64,000 nt of DNA, taken from an uncultured Acidobacteriota bacterium (lineage in GTDB: Bacteria > Acidobacteriota > JAQAZP01). This document shows, one piece after another, positions 1 to 9,199 of the stretch. The notes beneath the pieces were generated by a model, which saw only the letters and a program-made list of their open reading frames with translations, was not told where the DNA came from and ran no database searches. Positions within the stretch are counted from its first letter, which is position 1. Each line of letters starts with the position of its first letter. The stretch spans positions 1,920,001 to 1,984,000 of the forward strand of contig CAWIIB010000009.1 in NCBI GenBank assembly GCA_963836075.1, in the 5' to 3' direction. Made by a program: the position numbers and the translations under genes.

Positions 1-155
1 GGAGGGCTCCTCGTCTTGCGCTTAATCTCCCGGACTACCGCTTCTGATCCTGGTTTTGAGCCCATGATCCTCTCCTCTCGCTAGTGGCTCCATTTACCAA
101 AAACCATACCTTAATCTAGACCTTCGATCTGCACGAATTGTTCTGAAGCCAAACA
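1..155 (-). mobile_element. Left end of an IS3-family element with the start of orfA (runs off the window)
   Basis: Minus strand from 155 reads TGTTTGGCTTCAGAACAATTCGTGCAG (5'-TG end). RBS GAGGAG and ATG at 65 give MGSKPGSEAVVREIKRKTR, resembling IS3 orfA N-termini. The end abuts the break in the DUF748 gene. Confidence 0.6.
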
Positions 156-956
156 GTCACCGAAAACCTCACCCTGGGCGACAAGGTCGAGGATCAAGGC
201 CTGGTGGAGCTGCCATTCAAACTCGGAGCCTCCCTGCTCACCGACGGGAATGGCCTGATCTCCCTCGATGTTCCGATCAGCGGGAATCTCGAGGATCCCG
301 GCTTCGTGATCGGCGCCGCCGTCGGCCAGGCGACGAAAACGATTATCGCCGGCATCGTCCGTTCCCCGTTTCGCCTGCTGGGCAAACTCGGGGGTGGATC
401 CGGCGACGAGGATCTCGGTTTCGTCGAGTTCGCGTCCGGCGGCAGCCAGTTGGACGAAGCCGCCATCGAGCGGCTGAAGATTCTGGCGACGGGGCTGGAG
501 CAGCGTCCTTCACTGGTCCTGCTGGTGGAAGGCACTTGGGACAGCGAGTCGGATCCGATCGCCCTGCGGGCGGCACGTTTCGAAGCGCTGCTGGCGGAGC
601 GGCGGGAAACACCGGAAGTGCTGGAATCGCTGTATAGAGATAGCCACTCGGAAAATGAGCTGGCGGCACTTCGGGCGGATCACCAGGCTCCAGACGAAAC
701 GGAGCCCGGGTCCGGGCCGGTGCTCGACGAGGCGGCCTACCAGCGTGATCTCAAAGCCGCCCTGGCGGCGGATCTCCCGGTGGATCAGGACGATCTGATT
801 GCCCTCGGTACCGCCCGTTCCGAGTCGGTGAGGTCATACATTCTCGAAACGTTCGCCAGCGAACCCGGGCGTATCGAGGTTACTTTCCCGACGGAATCGA
901 CAGGAGGCGGCGGTGATCGAGTGCGCTGCCGCCTGGACGTCCGCACCGGCAGTTAG
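156..956 (+). pseudogene. 5'-truncated DUF748-family protein (C-terminal OmpA-like part)
   Basis: NLTLGDKVED..ELPFKLGASLLTDGNGLISLDVPISGNLEDP matches the DUF748 C-terminal region. In-frame TGA at 144-146 upstream and no N-terminal part. Confidence 0.75.
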
Positions 957-984
957 CGCACTCACGGCCGGCGGAAGTTCGATC

Positions 985-1275
985 CTGCCGGTGCCGGCCG
1001 TGGACCAGTTGAGCCGCGACAGTGTCGAAAAGGCCATCGCCTACCTGGCCGGCCGGGCCAGTGGCTGCAAGCTGACCCCCGCCGGCCTGAGCGGCGGAGT
1101 GTTCACCGTCTCCAACGGCTGTATCTACGGCAGCATGATGTCGACGCCGATCATCACTCACCCAAGCGCCGCATTCTGGGGATGCACGCGATCAAGAAGC
1201 AGGTGACCGCCATCCGCGCTGCACGGCTGGGGATGAAAGTGGCCCTGATTGAACAGCGGGACCGCCTGGGTGAGC
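985..1275 (+). pseudogene. Degenerate sucB (E2) C-terminal fragment fused to lpdA (E3) N-terminal fragment
   Basis: GGVFTVSNGCIYGSMMSTPII, then after a frame change at about 1170 ILGMHAIKK, followed in frame by AIRAARLGMKVALIEQRDRLG. Confidence 0.7.
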
Positions 1276-1506
1276 ACGGCATCGGAGCTTCGTGCATCAG
1301 GGGCTGCCGGCGGGGATTGCGCACCCGGAACCGGGCTTGAAATGAGTTCCTGGAATTCAATCCTTGCAATATACTGGTATTTCTTAAGTTTTTTCCCGTG
1401 CATTCTGCGCGCGCAGAAGAATGAACCGGTGCGGCAGGGCCCGGGTACATCGCGGGTCTATCAACAACTACAGGAAACAGAAGCGTTTGAACGGAGTGAG
1501 GGTAAA

Positions 1507-2562
1507 ATGAAGAACTGTACGCCGGCAAGTATCGCCACGACACTGCGCAGAGGGCTTGGTTTCACTCTGCTTTTTCTGCTCACCGCCCTGCCTCTTTGGG
1601 CGGATCGGGTCTCTACTGACACCAGGCCGGGGGACCTCAAGACCGGAGACTGGGTGTGGGATCCCGCAGCATCCCCCACCGGCCCGGTGGTGGTGGTGGT
1701 CAGCGTTACCGAACAGCGGACCTACGTCTACCGCAACGGCATCCTCATCGCCTACACATCGGTGGCCACGGGTAAACCCGGCCACGAGACTCCCACCGGT
1801 GTCTTCACGGTGCTGGAGAAGGACAAGGACCACGTCTCGAACCTCTACAATGCCAAAATGCCCAACACCGAACGCCTGACCTGGACCGGCATCTGCCTGC
1901 ATGCCGGCAGCGTTCCCGGTTACCCCAACTCCCACGGCTGTGTCCACCTCCCGCTGGAGTTTTCCCGCCTGCTTTACGAGCTGGACCAGGTGGGTACCAC
2001 CGTAGTGATCGCCGATGACCACTCGGGGCCAGCCGAGGGGGCGCACCCGGGCCTCGTGCTCTCCCCGTTGCTCCACGAGCCCGACGGACCGGTGACCGTG
2101 GACACGAAGTACCGCTGGGAACCGTCGCGATCCGCCACTGGCCCGGTGAGCCTGCTGCTGAGCACCGCCGAGGGCCAGCTGTATGTCTACCGCAATGGCC
2201 TGGAGATCGGCGCGGCGGCAGTCCACATTCCCAATCCGGAGCACGCGGTCTGGGAAAGCGTGTTCACGATCCTGGAGGGCAAGACGGCAGAGAAAAGCCC
2301 CTTCGACCCCAAGCGGCCAATGAACAAGTGGATGGCGGTCGCCCTCTCATCCGGAGACGGGCCGCACATGCCGGAGGTGGAAACCACCTTCATGCGCCTG
2401 CATGTCCCGCATCAATTCGGCAAGCAGGTCTACGATCTCCTGTCGCCGGGGACAACCCTGCTGATCACCGCCCAGGCGGCGGCGCCCCGGGCCACCTCGG
2501 ACGAGGATTTCGTGGTCATGGCCACCCACCAGGGGGAACCGGAGAAACAGGAAGCCGACTGA
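1507..2562 (+). CDS. L,D-transpeptidase (YkuD family), secreted
   Basis: Signal peptide, GKPGHETPTGVF, catalytic HAGSVPGYPNSHGCVHL. The second YkuD-like repeat lacks the Cys. Confidence 0.88.
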   Translation: MKNCTPASIATTLRRGLGFTLLFLLTALPLWADRVSTDTRPGDLKTGDWVWDPAASPTGPVVVVVSVTEQRTYVYRNGILIAYTSVATGKPGHETPTGVFTVLEKDKDHVSNLYNAKMPNTERLTWTGICLHAGSVPGYPNSHGCVHLPLEFSRLLYELDQVGTTVVIADDHSGPAEGAHPGLVLSPLLHEPDGPVTVDTKYRWEPSRSATGPVSLLLSTAEGQLYVYRNGLEIGAAAVHIPNPEHAVWESVFTILEGKTAEKSPFDPKRPMNKWMAVALSSGDGPHMPEVETTFMRLHVPHQFGKQVYDLLSPGTTLLITAQAAAPRATSDEDFVVMATHQGEPEKQEAD

Positions 2563-2593
2563 CCGGGGCGGGCGGCGGGAGACCGCCGCTCGC

Positions 2594-4384
2594 TCAAGCC
2601 TCGGTCGGCGATGCCTGCTTGGCGGCGGCGGGATGGAGGTGGACGTCTCGCTGCGGGTAGGGAATGTTGATCCCCTCCCTGTCGAACCGCAGCTTGACCT
2701 CCCGCGTGATGTCCCAGTGCACCTCCCAGAAGTCCTCGCTGGCGCACCACGGCCTGACGATGAAGTCCACGGAGGATTCCCCGAGAGCGTGGAGCCGGAT
2801 TACGGGTGCGGGGTCGACCAGGACCTTCGGGTGGTCACGAACGATTTCCGCCAGCACCCGTTCGGCCCTGGGGATGTCGTCGTCATAGGAAATCCCGAAC
2901 ACCAGGTCAACACGGCGGGTCTTCTGGACGGTCACGTTCTTGATCGTGTCGCCCCAGATCTTGCTGTTGGGCAGCACCAGAGTCTGATTGTCGAAAGTCA
3001 TGATCGTGGTCGACACCAGGGACATGTGACTGACCCGGCCAAAGGCACCGCCGGCCTCCACCACGTCATCCACGTCGAAGGGCTGGTAGAGAAGGATCAT
3101 CATCCCGGCGGCGAAGTTCGAGAGCGTATCCTGCAGAGCAAAACCGAGGATGAAACCGGCGATTCCCAGGCCGGCGAGGAACGGGCCGATGCTGACGCCC
3201 AGCTGTGAGAACGCGAAAAGAACGCCCAGGACCAGAACCACCCGGCTCGTCATCTTGAGCAGCATGCCGTGGAGCAGGCGGGACACCGGGATTCTCGCGG
3301 TGTCCAAACTGCGGGCAACAAGGCGACGCAGCAGGTGGGCCGCGACCCAGGACAGGAGAATAATCACCACGAACAGCAGCACGTTGAACAGCATTGCGGG
3401 GCCGTTGCGGACGATCCACTGACGTGCCGTCTTCACCAGTTCCGTGAGCAGCCCCGCGGCCACGTCCTTGTCGAGGACATCCGGGCTGAGCTCGCCTGTG
3501 GTCGACACGAGGGCTGCCTGGTATGAGGTGGTGTCTGCGTCGAGGCGCTTCAGCAGGGACACCGTGGCATGCAGGTGCGAAACATTTTCCGCCAACCGGT
3601 CATCGGCCTCCGCCAGCTCTGTGTTGGTGGCGCCGTCATCGGGCAGCCGCTTCGAAAGTTCACGAAGCCGGTCGCGATGCTCCACGTTCAGCTCGATCCG
3701 GCCCACCAGCAGACCCGCCCTGGCGGTGAGTTCGTCCAGCAGGTATCGCCTGTCCTCTTCGGTACTGAGGCCCAGGGTTTCCCTCATCTCGGCAATGTCC
3801 AGAAAGCTCAGATACAGCTGGTCCATCTGATCGAGGTAGAGGGAAATGCGCTCCGCGATGGAGCGTCGCTCTTCCGGGCTCGCCGCCCCCCTGATATCCC
3901 GAAGTTCGGCGGTCTCTGCTTTCAACGAGGAGACGAGCCCGGGGATGATGTTCGTTGCCCTGTCCAGGAGCAATTCCACCTTCGCCCTGAGGGCCGCGGC
4001 CTCTGCATCAAGGGCTTCCAACCGCTGAAGATCCTGGGCCAGCTCATGTATATCGTCGAGCAAGCCAACGCGCCTCCCGATAAGAAAATGTTCGAGCGCC
4101 TGGCGGTCTTCCCCTTTGGATACCTTGATGCGGGCCGACAACTCCGAGATGTTCTGCTCTGTCTGGTGAATCTTATCGAGTCGTTTTTCGGCGCTGGCCT
4201 CCAGGTCCTTGACGGCATCCGTCTCGTTCTGCGCTGACGATGTGGCGCACGGCCCGGCGAAGGCGATCAGGATCCAGATCACCAGGACGGTGAGGCGGGC
4301 CGGTAACGGCCGGTAAAACACAGTTCTGGGGTGGTTCTGTCGTTTCCCCCGTATCAGAGCGATATGATCATTTCTGCTTCTCAT
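2594..4384 (-). CDS. MscS-family mechanosensitive channel with a long helical periplasmic N-terminus
   Basis: GFALQDTLSNFAAG, PFDVDDVVE, RRVDLVFGISYDDD, IPYPQRDVH. Confidence 0.9.
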   Translation of the reverse strand: MRSRNDHIALIRGKRQNHPRTVFYRPLPARLTVLVIWILIAFAGPCATSSAQNETDAVKDLEASAEKRLDKIHQTEQNISELSARIKVSKGEDRQALEHFLIGRRVGLLDDIHELAQDLQRLEALDAEAAALRAKVELLLDRATNIIPGLVSSLKAETAELRDIRGAASPEERRSIAERISLYLDQMDQLYLSFLDIAEMRETLGLSTEEDRRYLLDELTARAGLLVGRIELNVEHRDRLRELSKRLPDDGATNTELAEADDRLAENVSHLHATVSLLKRLDADTTSYQAALVSTTGELSPDVLDKDVAAGLLTELVKTARQWIVRNGPAMLFNVLLFVVIILLSWVAAHLLRRLVARSLDTARIPVSRLLHGMLLKMTSRVVLVLGVLFAFSQLGVSIGPFLAGLGIAGFILGFALQDTLSNFAAGMMILLYQPFDVDDVVEAGGAFGRVSHMSLVSTTIMTFDNQTLVLPNSKIWGDTIKNVTVQKTRRVDLVFGISYDDDIPRAERVLAEIVRDHPKVLVDPAPVIRLHALGESSVDFIVRPWCASEDFWEVHWDITREVKLRFDREGINIPYPQRDVHLHPAAAKQASPTEA

Positions 4385-4410
4385 CGTAATTGAACCCTCT
4401 AGGCCCATGC

Positions 4411-4445
4411 AAAACGAACCGCCGGCAGAAGATGCCGGCGGTTCG
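4411..4445 (-). terminator. Rho-independent terminator
   Basis: CGAACCGCCGGCA / TGCCGGCGGTTCG stem followed by TTTT on the minus strand, downstream of 4478-4876. Confidence 0.6.
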
Positions 4446-4477
4446 CGGAGAGGAAATACCATCCCCGGTTTCACCCG

Positions 4478-4876
4478 CTACTCGTGGTCGAGGTTGATCC
4501 TGACGGATTTGACCGTGTTTTCAAGCACCTTGAGGGTAAAGTTGGCCGTGCCGTGATGTCTTTTCACCAGGACGTCCTCGCCGTCGTCCTTCTCGACATG
4601 GAAGACATCGCTGGGGAGCTGGGCCTTGAAGGCATCACGGATCTTGCTGGCCACGTGATTTTCGCTGGTGCCCCTGGAGATGTCCACAACGACTCTGACC
4701 GGTTCGCCGCCCTTCGGCTCAACCAAAAAGATGATCTGCCCATCGGACTTGGCGCTTTCGCTGCACTGGATGCGCCACTTGTTGCCCGCATACGCACTCA
4801 CCTGGACGGTAAAGGCAAGGAGCAGGATGGCCGCGATGGCGGCTCTGCTGCACCCGACAAAAATTCTGTACATCAT
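4478..4876 (-). CDS. Small secreted hypothetical protein
   Basis: Signal peptide ending VSA/AYA; GC3-biased codons. Confidence 0.75.
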   Translation of the reverse strand: MMYRIFVGCSRAAIAAILLLAFTVQVSAYAGNKWRIQCSESAKSDGQIIFLVEPKGGEPVRVVVDISRGTSENHVASKIRDAFKAQLPSDVFHVEKDDGEDVLVKRHHGTANFTLKVLENTVKSVRINLDHE

Positions 4877-5043
4877 AAGACTCCCTGAAAATGGCGTGAT
4901 CCGGCAGGATACCGTACGCCTGTTCGATGCAATACCGCATATCCCGGGGGAGTAACCCCCTACGAGGAAAATCCATTGTTTATATCCATTTAATGGCCGG
5001 TGTCATTGGTTTCCGCCGAAAAAAAACGGCAACTGGTCTTCTT

Positions 5044-5775
5044 TCATTTCTCCCCGGAAACAGCTCGGGATACCTCCGCGGAGCAGCCGTTAAGATAGAC
5101 CGAGGCCGACAGCCAGTGGTCATCCGGGTAGTAGATGAACAGGTAGTTGCCGCCCTTGATCTCGTCGATCAGGGGCCGCGCCACCGTGCGGGTGACCGCC
5201 GGGCAACCCCAGCTCCGCCCCAGCCTCCCGTGCTTTCGCTTGAACTCCTCACTCACATACCAGGCGCCGTGCATCACGATCGTCCGCTGGAGCGCGTGGT
5301 CGTTGATACCCGCCTCGAGACCGTGGAGCTTGAGCGAGTAGCCGTTGTGCCCCTGGTATGTTTTGCCGGTAAGGAAGAGGCCAAGGCTCGACTTCCTGCT
5401 GCCGCGCCTGTTGGAAAACCTGACGGCACGATTTTTGCCCGTATTCTTGCCGTGGGCGACGAGTTCGTGGTAGATCAGCGCGTCGCGATCGAGATCGAAG
5501 ACCCAGAGGCGTTTCTCGGTGGAGGGCCGTGAATAATCGATGATGGTCACTCGGCGCCCCCCGCCCTCGCCCCGCTCTTCGGCACAGCCCACAGCCCGCA
5601 GGCCCAGCCGCAGCACTTCGGGATTGAGCGTCGGCGCTTCGGCCTGCAACGCTTCCAGGCGGTCCGGGGGCAGACCGGCGGCTACCCCCGGCAGCGCGGC
5701 GAGCAACGCCGCTGCCGCCATCAGCAGCAACGGAAGGCAGCGGGATCGACGTGCTCTGCGATCTCTGGACATCAT
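5044..5775 (-). CDS. Murein L,D-transpeptidase catalytic domain protein (YkuD_2 type)
   Basis: IDYSRPSTEKRLWVFD, VAHGKN, SSLG, HGAWYV..GRSWGCPAV. Confidence 0.88.
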   Translation of the reverse strand: MMSRDRRARRSRCLPLLLMAAAALLAALPGVAAGLPPDRLEALQAEAPTLNPEVLRLGLRAVGCAEERGEGGGRRVTIIDYSRPSTEKRLWVFDLDRDALIYHELVAHGKNTGKNRAVRFSNRRGSRKSSLGLFLTGKTYQGHNGYSLKLHGLEAGINDHALQRTIVMHGAWYVSEEFKRKHGRLGRSWGCPAVTRTVARPLIDEIKGGNYLFIYYPDDHWLSASVYLNGCSAEVSRAVSGEK

Positions 5776-5786
5776 TCCCGGCCCGC

Positions 5787-6620
5787 CTACTTGTGTTTGC
5801 TCCGGTATTCCTTGCTGTTGCGCAGCTGGCGGGCCACGTCCCTCTCGGTCCAGTGATCGTTGAGCACGTGATCGACGAATCCCCGGCTCCCACCGCTGTC
5901 CGGATCGCGGTGCAGGACACTGCGGTAGGCCCGGCGGACCACCTCTTCGGCATCCTTGCGGCTCATGCTGTTCTTCTGGCGATACTCGGGGCTTTTGGCT
6001 ATCGCCTGGCGCACATCGTGCTCGTCCCAGCCGTCGTGCAGAATGTGGTTCCGGAAGGTGACCAGGCCGTTGTGGTCCGGCTCACGGTGCAGGAGGTCCT
6101 GGTAGGCGCGGCGTACGATCTTGTCCGCCGACTCCGAGCTTCTCCGGTCGAACTCCTGGCTTTTGCGCAGAGCCTCGCGCACGTCCTGCTCGGTCCAGCC
6201 GTCGTCGATCATGTGGCTGCGGAAAGTGCGCATGCCGTCCCGGTCCGGCTCGCGGTGCAGGATGTCGTCGTAGGCCCGGCGGATGACCTGTTCAACGTCC
6301 TTGGAAGACCCGGATCCATGGCGGCGGTAGTCCGAACGGCCCCGCAGGTCGTCGCGGACGTCCTCAACTGACCAGTGGTGCTCGTCCATCATCGTGCGGT
6401 AGCGCTGATACTCGCGGTCGGTGGGCTCCCGGCCCAACTCGTCGCGGAAGGCACTGGCGATGTCCTCGTCCTGCTGTTCGGCGACCAGCGAGTCTGCAAT
6501 GCCGCTCAGCAGATCGGCCAGGGCGCTGTTGTCCTTTTCCCCCGCCGAAGCCGGAACGCTCCAGACCAGTGCCAGTATGGCCAGCAGGCCGGGAATCATC
6601 AATCGGATAGTCAGTTTCAT
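5787..6620 (-). CDS. Secreted protein with four DUF4214/phycobilisome-linker-like repeats
   Basis: Signal peptide; about 52-aa repeats of the form RRAYxDxLHREPD...W...DVR...SxEY. Confidence 0.75.
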   Translation of the reverse strand: MKLTIRLMIPGLLAILALVWSVPASAGEKDNSALADLLSGIADSLVAEQQDEDIASAFRDELGREPTDREYQRYRTMMDEHHWSVEDVRDDLRGRSDYRRHGSGSSKDVEQVIRRAYDDILHREPDRDGMRTFRSHMIDDGWTEQDVREALRKSQEFDRRSSESADKIVRRAYQDLLHREPDHNGLVTFRNHILHDGWDEHDVRQAIAKSPEYRQKNSMSRKDAEEVVRRAYRSVLHRDPDSGGSRGFVDHVLNDHWTERDVARQLRNSKEYRSKHK

Positions 6621-6738
6621 TGTTCACCCTCCATTCCCCCCGGGCCTGGCGCCCGGGGGTCCAATCAAACGAACCCCTGCTTTTCAAAGAGGTTCATTCA
6701 GTCAATTGCAGATAGGCGTGGATTGGCCTCATTGCGGG

Positions 6739-7476
6739 TCAGCCGCCGGTGATGACGGCCTCGGGTGCCTCGTAGGTTTCCTCTTCGACAATCAGCACCC
6801 ACATGTCGGCACGCTTGGTGGCCTTGACCTCGGCCGCCGAGTCGGTGGACCACTTGCCGCTGTCGAAGTAAAGGATCCGGGTACCCTGGCCCCCAGGCTT
6901 GAGGACATAGATGGTGGCCCCGTAATCATTGCGGATAACCTTGAATGGACAGGCTCCCGTCTGCATCGGAGCCCCGCCGGAAGCACAGCCCAGATTTCCG
7001 CTGGCATCGTACTCCAGCGGCCCGAACGTGCTGGCCTCGCGCGCCACCGCCGGGTCGGGGGATCCGGAGATGCCGACCTTCAGGGTGTAATTGGCAACTT
7101 CGTCCCGCCGGGCCGCGCTGCGCATCATATAGACCCTGATCTTCCAGTCACCGTCCAGGTCTAGACGGCCCTCGTAACGGTTTTCACTGGTGGAGCCGTT
7201 GAAAACCGCTTCGTTTTCGGAATCCGGCGGCAGAACGTTGAAGTAATTGGCCCCGTTATCCGTGGTCATCGATACCGACATGGTCTGGCCCGCCCGCGCG
7301 CCGAGCAGGTAATCGACGGTTTCGTAGCCAGTGATTGTCCCCTTGATATCGGCGCCCGAAGCGCCCTTTTCGAACTGCACTCGCTCCTTCCTCACCTCAT
7401 TCCCGGCCATGCCCGGCGGGGCAGCGAAAAAAACTGCCGCCATCAGGCACAGCACTCCAGTCGTTCGGTTCCACAT
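6739..7476 (-). CDS. Secreted PliG-like (lysozyme inhibitor fold) protein with a C-terminal Cys-containing domain
   Basis: VQFEKGASGADIKGTITGYETVDYLLGARAGQTMSV...IRVYMMRSAARR resembles PliG-like proteins. Confidence 0.6.
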   Translation of the reverse strand: MWNRTTGVLCLMAAVFFAAPPGMAGNEVRKERVQFEKGASGADIKGTITGYETVDYLLGARAGQTMSVSMTTDNGANYFNVLPPDSENEAVFNGSTSENRYEGRLDLDGDWKIRVYMMRSAARRDEVANYTLKVGISGSPDPAVAREASTFGPLEYDASGNLGCASGGAPMQTGACPFKVIRNDYGATIYVLKPGGQGTRILYFDSGKWSTDSAAEVKATKRADMWVLIVEEETYEAPEAVITGG

Positions 7477-7680
7477 CTACCGGCCTCCTTAACAGATCAT
7501 TTTCCTTGCTTGTCGACAATAATTTTGAAATATAGTATGGTTGCCTAGTTAAAGTCAAGATATTTTATAGATTATCTTCGTCAGATTCCGGTTTCTTCAT
7601 CGATATGTTTCGCTCTATCGCACGAGTGAACGACAGCGGAGCAGAAATCCAGGCGTGGAATATCCTGAAAGGCATGGCTG

Positions 7681-8832
7681 ATGAACCATCGACACTGCAA
7701 GCCCGTCATCCCCTATCTGCTCGTATTTCTGCTGGCACTCGCCGCCGGGGCGGGCCCGCTGAGCGCCGGCGACGCATGCCGCCCGGCAGCGGACAGACCC
7801 GGTGCAGCAGGCCCGGAGAACGGCAACCTGGGGGGCACCTCATGGCAACTGGTGCGAATCATGTCGATGGACGACACGGAACACGCGCCGGACGACGCCT
7901 TGCTGTATACGCTGGCCTTTTCCGCTGACGGCACGATGACCTTGCGCGCGGACTGCAACCGGGCCAGCGGTTCCTGGACTTCCGAGTCCCCGGGCCTACT
8001 CCAGTTCGGCACCATCGCCGCCACCAGGGCGATGTGCCCCCCGGGCTCGCTGCACGACATCTTTCTCGCCCAGTTCGAGTGGGTCCGCTCCTACGTCGTC
8101 GAGAACGGGCACCTCTTCCTCGCCACCATGGCCGACGGGTCGATCATTGAGTTCGAGCCGCAGGCAGCGCTGCCCCCCGCCGCCACCGTGCTTGACGTAG
8201 AGATCCAGACGGAAGATGCCCGTGAGATGCAGGCCGCGATCCTCGAAGCGCTGTTCGAGCGTTACAAAGCCGATAACGGCATCTCTGCCGGCAAAGAGGA
8301 GATCGAGACCTTTGACGAGCGCCTCGACCACGTGGCGAAAAAGGACCGTGCGGAACGGGAAGCGCGTCTGGCCGATATCGAACGGCAGCTGAAGTCGGCG
8401 GACCTCCCTCCCGACGACCGGGAAGCGCTGGAGAACGAGCGCCGGCAGACGAGCGATCTGCTGGAGAGCCTGGAGACCGGCGAAGACATGACCGCGGAAG
8501 AGGCGGCGGAGGTCGCCGTCATGCGGCGCGAGATGGCCCGGGCGATCATCGAGCAGTGGAAGCTGAACCGCACCCTGTATCAGCAGTACGGCGGCCGCAT
8601 CATCTACCAGCAGCTCGGACCGGAGCCGCTTGACGCCTACCGGCGTTTTCTCGAGGAGCGCCAGAAAGAGGGCGCCTTTACGATCCGCGACAAGGAACTG
8701 GCAGCCGGATTCTGGCGCTATTTCACCGACGACTCGATCCACTCGTTCTACGAGCCGGGCAGCGAGGACGAGGCAAAGGCCTTCGCCGTTCCCCCCTGGG
8801 TGGAGCCGCTATCTGATGCCCCGGGCGAATAG
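7681..8832 (+). CDS. META (HslJ-like) domain secreted protein with a helical C-terminal domain
   Basis: LGGTSWQLV..ADCNRASGSW..ATRAMCP. Confidence 0.8.
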   Translation: MNHRHCKPVIPYLLVFLLALAAGAGPLSAGDACRPAADRPGAAGPENGNLGGTSWQLVRIMSMDDTEHAPDDALLYTLAFSADGTMTLRADCNRASGSWTSESPGLLQFGTIAATRAMCPPGSLHDIFLAQFEWVRSYVVENGHLFLATMADGSIIEFEPQAALPPAATVLDVEIQTEDAREMQAAILEALFERYKADNGISAGKEEIETFDERLDHVAKKDRAEREARLADIERQLKSADLPPDDREALENERRQTSDLLESLETGEDMTAEEAAEVAVMRREMARAIIEQWKLNRTLYQQYGGRIIYQQLGPEPLDAYRRFLEERQKEGAFTIRDKELAAGFWRYFTDDSIHSFYEPGSEDEAKAFAVPPWVEPLSDAPGE

Positions 8833-9199
8833 CCCGTTTCGAGCCGGGAGTTCTCGGTACCGCCGGTCTCGAAGAAGCCGGCGTGACCATCATCCAGGGC
8901 CTGGTCAAGGTGGTGGCCATGATGTTCCAGGCCTTGTCCGAGGACATCGTGCGCACCTGCCACGTGCCCCCGCCCCGGCCGTCACGGATCCGCTTCTGAC
9001 TGCCGCCACTCCATTCTTGCCGGCGATCAAGGCCCGATCCAATTATATCGATAAGAAATGCGAGCGGCGGCGGCCTCGCCACGCCCTTTGTACGGCGGGC
9101 CGCAAGGGCGTGAATGTTTGTCTGCTAAACAGTGGTCTTTCCTTGTTGTCGGCAGCGTCGTCTGCAGTGGGATGTGAACCTGCTTTGAACGAGACCGGT

